DNA of 64,000 bases, from the NCBI RefSeq assembly GCF_002571385.2, contig NW_019217784.1, forward strand, positions 1,625,884 to 1,689,883. The letters are read 5' to 3'. The position numbers were made by a program, and so were the translations under genes. The notes below the pieces were generated by a model. The model was not told where the DNA came from. It did not search any database and saw only the letters and a program-made list of their open reading frames with translations. This DNA comes from Stylophora pistillata (Eukaryota). This document shows, piece after piece, positions 38,001 through 49,700 of this stretch (position 1 is the stretch's first letter; the number at the start of each line of letters is the position of its first letter).

Positions 38001-41000
38001 AGTTTGCTTCGTGAAAGTATTTGCCCTTTGGTGAATTAAGAGATTTCTATTACCGGCTTCATAACACTCTTTCCTTCGTCTTTCGTTAACAGATTGAAAC
38101 ATTTCTTGGACGTGAAATGACTACTTTTCTTAAAATACAGTCCCAGCCTAACCATATGACATTTTTTCGGAAGACGGGTAGACTAGAATTTTTAGTCACC
38201 TAAGAGAAACATTGTTAAAAACAAAGTTCATGAGCTTTCTCAAAGAATTTGAAATCTGGGGATTCACTACTCACTTTTTTAGCTTTTTTAGCTGAAGATT
38301 TTGATTAGTCCTAGTGAATATCATTGGTCAATCGTTTAAACAAAGAGGCCTTTTAAACTGTTTAAACGGTCAGGTAACGGAAAATTCCAAGCGCCTCAGG
38401 GATAATTCATGGTAACCTACTTAAGCATTAGGATTTCACCAGTCACTTGCACGGCTATCAACTGCTATTGTTTTTGAAAGAAAAAATTTGGACGGGTGGC
38501 AAGTGGTCTTGGAGCAAAAGCGTGGTGCACTCGTGCAAGACAAAAGCGTTTCTTTTTTTGCTACTACTGCTACTTTCAAAGCCGGTACCAAAAACGTTGA
38601 CACAGCTTCAATTTAGCAAGTGGTATGTTTCAGAAAGCTGTTTATCTTTTGTCTGAAACGCAGCCTAATCATGCATGAGATAGCGTCTAAATCACTTCAA
38701 TGTCACCTTAACCAGTTAAAAATTTATTGATAATGATAGCTCTACCTTAGATTTATACAACAAAGCTGCTTAGACTAAACTGACTGGGCACGAAAAGAAT
38801 TCTTTAAAGAAAACAGTTGATGGTTATTGAGCGCTTTGCTCTTTATTATGGTTGTTGATAGGATTAAGGAGCTAATATTGTGCTCTGGCAGGCATCCCGC
38901 CACGATTTTAAAAATAGATTAATAAACTTTTTTTTCAGAAGATCCAGGACTCCAAAACATAGCCTTACTTACGAGGCCGTTAATGATATAAATATTGTCG
39001 GTAAGGAAAGGGACAATAAATAGGCAAATGAAAGACGATAAACCGCACGGAAGTCTGACGCGTTCGCGCGAGGGCCAGTCGTTCGAGTGCGTCACGTTGC
39101 TTAACCATTCCCCCCGACCTCCACCCCCGGGGAGGGACAATACATCGACAAATGAAAGACAATCAACCGCACGCCAGTCTGACGCGTTCGTGCCAAAGCG
39201 TGTAGAAAGCCCCTCCTCCATACCCCTGGGGAAGGAGAGATAGGGGGTCGCCCCAAAAGGCGGTTTGCATTGAATTTAAGAAGTTCTTCTGTAAAAAGAG
39301 CACACACAAAGGCTAATGTTTGATCTTGGTTGAGAGTAAAACTGGAGGAGACAAAATGTCTGATCATCAAGCCGCTAATCCATGTCTAAAGCATTTAGCC
39401 CCGGGTGACGCTTAAGTGGCGTGATTCATCTCACGTGGTCTGGACCTATCAGTGACTATTCGTGTCGATGACGATCGACCTTTTCATGACATTATTTTTT
39501 TTAAACATTTTTTTTAACAATCAGAAAAATTTCTCATCCAGTACGTGATTAGTATTAATCGGCTTCTTGAATTGGCTCCAGTTGCTTTGAAATAATCCGC
39601 TATCGCAACTTTCATAAAGCGATTTAGCAAGTGACGATAATCAGTTGGGTCGCGTGCATGTCGGTATATTACAAAGCTCGCGATTGGCTTAAAACGATTC
39701 CGCCGCGCAACCTAATAAAGTTAAACCGATTTCTGTGTCACGCAAATTTTTACCTACAATTGGCACTAGTTTCGTGCGGGAGCTTGGATTTAGTTTGATT
39801 TCTTCAAATAAACGTCGTTATGGGACATGCATTTTCTTAATCGTGGAAAAGGGGCTTCAGACAATTATAAATCAAATCAGATTCGCATGCAGGTAACCTC
39901 CAACCAATGAGGTGCCAGGACTCAATGAAGGATAAAGTTAGAAAGATAAGATGTATCCTCAGGCGCTATCGTCCCTATTTGGGAGGTAGGCTTCTGGAAG
40001 GTAATTTGTAACCATGAATTGTAAAATCAAAGGAAAACTGCGACTAACCTTTCTCCCCGATGAAGACAAAATGACTGGTTTTTGTCTTCGCGCCCTCATC
40101 ATCAACTTTGGTGATAGGAAGAGGGGTGGGATGTGTTAATTGTTTCATTTTATTTCGCCCAAGATTGCAGAACCACACACATTCGTTATCACAATCATCT
40201 TTCAACTGAAGCGTTCCTCTCATTCGGTGCATATAAAGTAAATTTACGCCGCGTTTGTTCTCAGTTTTAATCATGAGATCAAGAGAGCGATTGTCCCAGA
40301 AAAAGCTTTTATTGATTCAGTAGTTTTCTCTACAATGCATCAATGCAACGTTGATTTCTGACACCTGTACACTCGTCAAATCAATATTTACGGAAAACAT
40401 TCACCACCGCGAAGATCTAACAGTTTTTTTGGCCTCCTTACTACTTGGTCTTACCTTATCTACTGATATTTTCAAGAGTGTGAAATAAATCAATCAAACA
40501 ATGCCGAATCACGCCGCATGATCAAATCGTGTGCGGAAGAAAACTTCTCGACACACAAGGTTTTCAACCCGTTTCTTTCCTAGCAAACTAACCGTGCTGA
40601 GTTCCATAAGATAACAATCGGCATTTCAAATTGATCAGTATGGCATCACCTTTACATATAAACAAAAAAAAGTACCTTTCTAATTGCCCAAGGTGTCCAT
40701 GAAATGTAAATTGAACTACTTTTACCCATGCATACTACACTACTACGCTGATTTAGCAACAACAAAGCGTGACTTCGACAGCGACGAGCGCGTTCGCTTC
40801 CATCATGACGCGATACATTTTAGACAACACTTGATAAATGAAGATTGCTAAGAACCGACAAAATAAATCATCGACTATCTAACTTTTACCTTGATGACTG
40901 ACAATTCTCTGGCAAAATCCGAGATACTCAACGAAGGTAAAGCCGACTTAAATCCAAATGCAACAACTTAGTGTTCAATACGAATTACTCATTACCCCAC

Positions 41001-41437
41001 CCTCCCACAGTTGTTACTTCAGACACAAATTAAAGTCGAGAAGGCGGGAAGAGAGAATTGGTCTCACATGACAGGTATGGCCACTAGATGGCCGACTCAA
41101 ACGAACATTTTGCTTCAAACACAGAAATTGCGCGCAGTAATGGCTGATGAAAGCCGCACACACCTTTATAAAGGCTGAAATAAAATTCGTCTACAACTTT
41201 TAGAACGTTATCTTGGAATGGAGTGCCATACTTGAAAGGTTACTCTTAAACACCTCCTTAAGCAATAGGGAACAAGCTGGTAGCCCTGTGGTGGTTGTTC
41301 TATCTAGACTGCACCCGGTTAGGTTGCTATTGCTCGGTCATTTGTTGTTTTTCAGCCCTCATTTCAGGTCGGTAGGGTTAGGTACACAACCCATCATATC
41401 TTCAGCCCTTCCAGAACACCTGGATTTACACGTCACC

Positions 41438-43448
41438 TCACGTAACTGCCTTATACTGCTTGGAGAACCGGGCACAGAACGCGCGCAGTGATTCCACGTT
41501 GACTCCGCAGCTTCGCGCAAATTCCATTGCCTCTGGGGTAGCCTGGGTACCACTAGAGGTTACACCCTTTCTTTGGCCTCGCTTTGGAGCCTCATACGAG
41601 GTACTTCCGGTTAGTAAAGTCACAAGGCCTTTGCCAGTTTGACGCAGGAAGTAGCGACAACAGCTGACAATTTGATTGAAACGCCTGCAAAATACAATGT
41701 CTTACTAAGTCGACCGTATTGTCACGGAAAGCTTCGGGATTTAAGGGCAGGCACCGTTCTGTACAGATCGATTTATAGCTTCATAAAATCAGAAATTCCT
41801 TTCTTCTACCTCCAGTTTCCATTCGATACTTGCTATCTTTAAAGATTCGTCTTAAATTTTTCAAGTTAGTTACCAGACAACCATACAATTTTTCTCCATT
41901 TGTGTTTCTTCTTTCCAAACTCGCCAAAATTTCCTTGAAGTTAATTGAAAACGGAACAGAAAACGACTCAATAACAAAGACGTAGATCAGAGTTATGCAA
42001 TCTAACATAGCGAACAGTTAATATTCCCGAAACCCTCGGTCATCGATAATGGAACGACTATAGCGGAAGAGCAACTACCTAAGCGAAACTGTTTTTCCGA
42101 TTCTCTCAGGCAAGATGAGATAAACAGCCTACAGCCAGGGAAAGATATACTTACCACACTGCCACGTCCTCATAACGTCCACGCCTCCGTTGTCCATCTA
42201 AAGTTTCATTCTCTTTTTGAGCTCTAATCCATCTAAGGAACAAAAGCATTACAGACGTTTAGCCACACAATAGAGAACGAAGAATTTAAGCACATTGATG
42301 TGACACAAGTAATCAATCGTTTTCAGTACCTGTTTCCTTTTTTAAACTCCTGCTCCAAAAACTTAGTGGCCTCTCTCGCACCGCTGTCGTACTTTTTCAG
42401 ATCATCAAGCGCAGAAATCACTAAAAGAAATCACATACCAAGAGAATGGAGAACCCGAACCAAGAGCGTACAAAAAAGGTCTTCTAATAACGGAGTTTCA
42501 CTTAAAATAGACGAAATTCTTCGTGTGCCCAAATCGATCAGCGAAGCCAAGAATGGGTTAACTTGTTAACATGGCAAAGCAAGGAAAAGGAAGCAGCCAA
42601 TGTCAAGCGCGGGAATATAAGGAACCTGGCGCCGTGCAACTGGTGTTGAAGCGCGGGAAATTGTGCCACCAGTGTCAAGCGCAGAAAAATAAGGAACCTA
42701 GCGCCAGGCCCATGCAACTGGTTCTTAAGCGCGGGAAGTTGCGCAGTACGCGCTAACAATGGGAAAGCACGAAAACGACACTCTTATTCGTTCAAGATAT
42801 CCAAGATATCTGCATTACAAAAATCCAGAGTAAGTAGTTCTGCAATTGAAAGATACCGACTAAAAAGACTTTAAGAAAGGTGCCTGCAAGCCAGTAAAAG
42901 TGGTTGTACCTTGGATAGGAATGATGACCACAAGTTTCTCCGAGGCGATTAATCTTCGCACCAGATGTAACTGAGTACACAGTGCCATGGTATCAGGAAT
43001 AACATAAACCGGTCCGTCCTGAGGAGCCGTGTTAAGGGTGCTCTCCAATTCAGCCACTTCAGACTACAATTAAGTTGAGAGGTTAACCCCTGAACTCCAA
43101 AACGTTTTAGAAAAGAGTGACCATTATCAGATTATCGTAGAAATTATTTGTGCTTGAATCACTACAGCGTCAGACCCGATTATCAAGCCACCAAACTAGC
43201 TGGCGTGAAGTGGGGCAAATCTCAGTACTTCCGGCTGAAGGGGGGCCAGTGGTGGGACAGTATTTTTAAACACTCCGTCCCTGTCCTCAGTAATGGGAGT
43301 TCTCTCTCTTTCTCTCTCTATTGATTTCCTCAAATATTTTTTCCCTTAAAAATATGAGCAGCCGATCAACGCTCCAGCGTCATAAATGGATAACTTAAAT
43401 CGCAAAAAAGAGGACCACTCGGGGTGTAACTGATTTTATTAAAAACTA

Positions 43449-43503
<55 letters not shown>

Positions 43504-43616
43504 CAGCCAATATACCATAATCTACAAATATGGCAAGCGTACGTGGCAGCTTAAAATTAAAAGGGAGCTAAAAATTTAATAAAATTTAATAATTTAATTT
43601 AACGTTTTTAATAAAA

Positions 43617-43653
<37 letters not shown>

Positions 43654-43654
43654 T

Positions 43655-43712
<58 letters not shown>

Positions 43713-46700
43713 GCTCGTGGAATAATTGTTAAGTATATTATCAAATGACGGAATTACCTGTAATAGCTGTTGCGCCATCACCTTCATCACTCTGGCTCGT
43801 CTATCATGATCTCCCTAACAATTACAAATAAAAAAACAAAAACGGTCATGTTGTGTCTTCTGCTGATCGAAATCGATCACCCCCTTCCCAGCAGCCCTTT
43901 AAAGAAAAAGGAAACTGGAATGCAGTGTCCAGAGTTTTATTCTTTTCCTTTTTGACAAAAAAATTTAAATGTATAATTCAATGAAATAATTAATGTCTCA
44001 CCACAGGCAGTGGCGCTGGTCGTTTATCAACAGCCATCACTTGTTCTCGTTCCGCCATCTGCTGAGGTCCAAGAAACTGCTTGGTATTCTGGTCCCAATC
44101 AAACGAACTAAGCTCCTGTTGAAAGTAAAGATGATGGAGCAATTTCTAACTGAGCCTTCTCAGTAATCCAAGATTTCATTGGTCCTACCCCCATTCACTC
44201 TGTGATTGGTTGAGAAAATTCGTGCCACTCTCCTAACCAATCAAATGCAAACCTTTCTCCGGGATTTCATTGGTCCTACTTCCTTTTATTCTGTGATTGG
44301 TTGAGAAAATTCGTGCCACTCTCTCAACCAATCAGATGCCTTTCTCTCTAACATTCTCTTGCGCCTCTGACAGTTTGGCTGTTTTTCATTGGCCCTTCGC
44401 GATATTTTCATTTGTTCTGATTAGCCACTGTGATTAGTTTGGCTTTGGTTTGGCGAAAATCAATCGAAAAGCGCTCCAAATAGTAAGTCATTTCCAAAAA
44501 GTGACTGAACACTAGAAACATAACTGTACCCTGGCGAAAGAAACTGCAAGAAAACTAGAAATCAAAGGGAGGGTACCTGAGTAGATGCCATCTTCATTCC
44601 AAAGCTTCTCAAACACTGAACTCGAACTGCAGCCTGAAAAACGACAAGAAAAAACAAATGCAAATGAATAAAAAATAAGAAACCTTTAAACAACATTAAA
44701 TCGAATGTAATTAGGTCGTTAAACCACTTATCAAAAAGAAACAGAAATTCTTCTTCAAAAACCGTTCGCGAAACAAGGGATTGATAACAGTAAAATAGAA
44801 ATGAATCATGGAGAAATATCAACTTTTACGTGGCAAGGTCAAATATACTACCTCAAGATAGTAACAGTCCCTCGTAAGCCTGCTCCACTTCCTGTCGAGC
44901 CTACTGTGTATAGGGGTCAGTGGAGTAAATCCTAACAGAAACATGTCTTCTGGTAGACCACGTGTTTGGATCCAATCCTTATCGAGCGGCTCGTCAAGAA
45001 CACTCTGCCATGTTTGCTGTCTTGGTAACGGAACTTCCAAAAAAAGAGAGAACATAGGAGAATCAAAACGAATGAAATAACTTCTAAAACTAAATCAGCC
45101 TGATAACTAAACCGACAGATTGAAAATGTCCAATATTATAAGGGGATTAATCCAAATCGGTAAATTTAATGCCATCAATATTGCCTACCTGCAACAATCA
45201 TTTGGTCTGGCGATGGAAACTTGTTCAGTAGAAGAGCCAGTCTTGACCAAAGGGCGCTGAGGCTCTAGGGAAGGGAACGAAAAAAAAGGGCTCAACCATG
45301 ATTTCAAAGGCAATGGCAAAGGCAAAGACAAAGGCAAACTTCTACGCTTGAATTTTTTGTCGTTCTAAGCCAGCCATTTTGCACGCTTTCAATAAGATAT
45401 TTTAAAATTTCTGTCTTTCGAAGCCTGCGGTATGTAAGTTTGTCAGAGGATATTTTCATTTTTCGTAAAGGACGCCCTGTGTTTTTAGATCGAGTTACAT
45501 TTTCGAACGCTTTTTTTGTAGAGAAAGGAAAACTAGAGAAAATTCTTACAAATAAGGAAAACCAACTCAAACAACAAGAAACACATACTTCGGGAATAAA
45601 ACCCAGGTCATTGCAAATGCCCTCACCACTACATAATGGCGATCACTTTCTAACATCAGCAAAATGATTTACATGAAATGTTTCTGGTACACACCTCAAC
45701 ACAAGTCATCACCAGTTCGCTGTTGAGCCGCAGCCAGTCGGTCATCACCTTAATGGCAGGTAACAGCTTTTGATTGGCTATGGCCTTCAGCAGATTGGAT
45801 TCCACACAATCTCGAAGTATTTCAGCTCTTGAGGCTACTGATGACTCTGTAGAGATGAACTTTCATATATTCATTGTATCTGATTTATCATCACGGGTTT
45901 ATTACGAATCAACTTAACGGCCTGTTCCCAGTTGGCTTGTTAGCTCAATTGGTAGAGCGCTGCACTAGTATCGCAGAGGTCAGTGGTTCGAATCCCGTAC
46001 AGGCCTGATTTTTTTCAGATCTGACTTTCGCTATTGCATAAATAGCGCTCTCTACTGCGAGGATCGTGCACATACGTATCTATAACCGCAGTTCAAAATA
46101 TATGAACTTTCATATATTCATTGTATCTGATTTATCATCACGGGTTTATTACGAATCAACTTAACGGCCTGGTCCCAGTTGGCTTGTTAGCTCAATTTGT
46201 AGAGCGCTGCACTAGTATCGCAGAGGTCAGTGGTTCGAATCCCGTACAGGTCTGATTTTTTTTTCAGGTCTGATTTTCGCTATTGCATAAATAGCGCTCT
46301 CTACTGCGAGGATCGTGCACATACGTATAAAGAATAATGATAATTAAATAAACCCGAGTAATTTGCAAGCTTTGTCTAAGAAATCTGGGTTTCCAAGCAA
46401 TTAAAAGCTTTTATAAAAGCAAACTTGTATTATAAACAGCTCCTCAGTGCCCGTTTTTTTAAAAAAAACTTAAGACTTTCCTTTTTGAAAAAGCATTTTT
46501 ATAGTTTTTCTATTGTGTCGCTCTTGTTCAGCGCTTTTGAACTTTGAGGATACTAGCGCTATATAAATACTTTATCATTATTATTATTACTATTATTATT
46601 AATGATTGAGCTTCAAAACTTCGAGCGATGTTAGCAATTTTCTGCATTGAATTGGTTGACTTTAAGGCAGAGTACCTTCATGCATGAATCATTAAGAACT

Positions 46701-49700
46701 TACTCTACGCACACAGCGATAAGAACTCTGGTCCCTATTTTGAGATTGATTCTGTTACCTGTTTCTGCGTCGCTAACATCACTAAACAGATCCGGCCTAA
46801 AAACTTTCCCCAAAGAAATCCCATTCTGTCCCAGTAAACCAGCTCTAGATCCCAGCTTTTCTGAAGGAGTTTGATGGCATGGTGACTTGTCTACTGGTTT
46901 ATGCTGTGTTTCCTTCAATAGGTGTCGTCCATTAGCAGCCATGGATATTGTCTTTGGCTGGGATCCGGTGTTACTACCTTCTTCGTCTGATTCACTTTCC
47001 ACATACACGTCTTCACTATCATCCTCATCGCTGATCAAATCCTCCAACTCGCCGTCCATTTCACCGCCTTCACTCAAATCGCTGTCTTCGTTTTCTTCAT
47101 TGTCTTCCGACTCCTCCAAATCACTTCCGCTGGCACTGTAGCTGTCAAAACTGTAATCGATATTTCTTCGTCTCCTCCTTCGTCGCCGATGTTTCAAGAC
47201 GTTCTTGATTGCTTTGTTGCGGTTTAAATGACTTTTCGCTGTGAGTCCTGCCACGGAATTATCGTGTTTCGACAACTTCTCCGAGTTCAAGCCGTTGTGC
47301 GAGAGCGCAGCAGTTGCTGGTCCGTTCATTACTTGGGATTCGGCGGTAGAGTGTTCTTTTGCTAAGTAAATCTCTAATGATGAAATGCAGTGTTGAAGAA
47401 GAAGAGATAAGAAGGCTAAAGTGAACGCTATTGCTACCGACGACTCTTGAGAACCTACGAAAATTAAAACACTTTACATCACAACCACATCGTGGTCTCG
47501 GAATACAAGAAATGGTTTCTTCAAATTTTTCCTTTATGATTCTAGAGGCGAGAGTCTATCAGATCAGGAGAGGACCAAACTTAAGTCACTTAATAGCCCG
47601 TACAGACCTTACTCAGTCCCTCTTCAATGTAGTTTCCAGGCTAATTGCATCTTTAATTCCTTGTCTAACAAATCATTCAAGCAACCCGCGAGGCACACGC
47701 CACATCATCAGCATGAGAACAGATTTCTTGATTAAAAATGCCACGCTAGAGAGGTTATTTTTGTTGTCAACACTCACCCTTTGACTGCAATCTGGTCACG
47801 GCTGCAATCGCCATGACAACCAACTTCACCATAAGCGAGCTGCTTATGACGTCCTCGATGTCTTCAGTGACGTCATCCTCCAGACTGCCATTTTCCTGGG
47901 CAGCAATCAGACCATTTTCTAGTGATGAGTTGTGGCTTGGATTGGAGGAGGCCGGATCTACAGACAGGACACTACTGAAGTCTTGTAACACTGACTGGCA
48001 AAGGTGGCCAATATCTTCACTGCTTATCTCCGGTGAACTAAATAGAGAATTCACAGATATCTCATTTGAAGTAAACGACACAACTCTTTGACGCCCAAGG
48101 GTGCATGTGTTCTCATTTCTCCTTCCATTATCACCCTTATATCAAGTGTAAAGGTCAAGAGAATGAAGGAAATTATCATCAATTTAAGAAGCTCCTGATC
48201 ATCAAAACAAATTCTTTCCATGGGACAAGTAAAAAGAACACTGCAGAGAATAAAAAAACCAATTTCAAGGTGTATTTAGAGTTTTGGGAGTAATTTTCCT
48301 TGCCAGAGTGGTCCAGAAAGGTCTGTTATTTTTCACAGTGACTGACAATACAAAAGATGACCTAAATGCTCATCATCAACTCAGTCCAAAAATTGTTTCT
48401 CAGTTATACTACTAATAAGACTTATTTAAACCCCCAACAGTCCTCCGCAGCACCATTCTCTCCTCAACCTCACCAGCATAAAAACAATTAACTCTTTGGA
48501 TCCAAACAGCAAGTATGCTATTATTCATTTTCACAATAAATAAACTAACAGCAAATTTCACCCCATTCCCCCACAAAAAAAAAAGAGAAATTATGCATCA
48601 GCTTCATTCAGCGCATGGCAACTTAATCATCCGTAACAAACCCATTTCACAATCAAAGATCCCTATCACACCATTCTCAACTGACTCATGTCAAATTTAT
48701 TGTGCACTCAATTGATTTGAAACATAATTTTAAAAGTTCAGTTCTGACTTGAGTACAATTGGGATATTCTTATGACGAGTGCTTTGATGCATGTACTTAC
48801 TTCTCATGCTGGTACAACACATCTTGGAGGTACAGGAAGTAGACTAGAAACCTCTTTAATCTGGTGCGAAAGGAAAAAAATTTCATTCCTAATAACTTGC
48901 AAGGTTATACAGCATAAGCAACTGTCTAAGCTCCTGGTAGGCTTTGTATAAACTTATATTTCTGAAAGGGACATACTACAGGGAGAAGAGTTTCTTAACT
49001 ATGCAATGAGGGCTAAAATGCAAAGCATTGTTTTTCCCTTTTGGTATTGCCCAGATTTTATGGATGCTGTAAACAGTATGCATTTTTTTTTAATTAAAAG
49101 TCTACAAGATTTGAATGGGACACTGATACAGACTTTAAAATACAAGGATATTTTGTGATAAGGAATTATGTTACAACTAGAATCTAAACGTTTTTTATTA
49201 AGGGAAGGAGGCACAGGGAGGGCTTACTAGTCAGAATGAGGGGGGGGGAGGCTTAACTCTTTCACTCTCAGAAGTGATTAAATGTAACTTCTCCCTATAA
49301 TATCCATATATTATTCAGCAAACAGGTAATGAGAATACTCTAACTTATCGGGTAGAAGTTGTTATCTTGATCTGAAACCAAATTGTCATCACTAACTTAC
49401 AAGGAAATGTGTAGCAGCCAGAAAGGAGAATTTGCAATCAGATCTTGGAAGTTAAAAGGTCACTAGGCATGGGTGCTCACTAGATCCCTTATGCTAAACT
49501 AAGCAACAGCTGATTGCTGGTTAATCTGATTGCAAAATTCATTAGATGACTTGTGAATTCAGCATTAAATTGCAAGTGAAAAACAATATCACACTCATTG
49601 CTTTGCAATTTGTGCGATATCGGTTTTCAAGTGCAATTTAAGGCGGAATTCATGAGTGTTAATGAAATTTCCTTGAATTGCATAATTGAATAAAAATGAG

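Noticed and set aside
45934-46253. Two functional tRNA-Thr(AGT) genes
   Set aside because: T-stem has two mismatches, the anticodon stem has an A-C pair, the second copy has further changes, and both lie inside a larger tandem unit; treated as a tRNA-derived repeat
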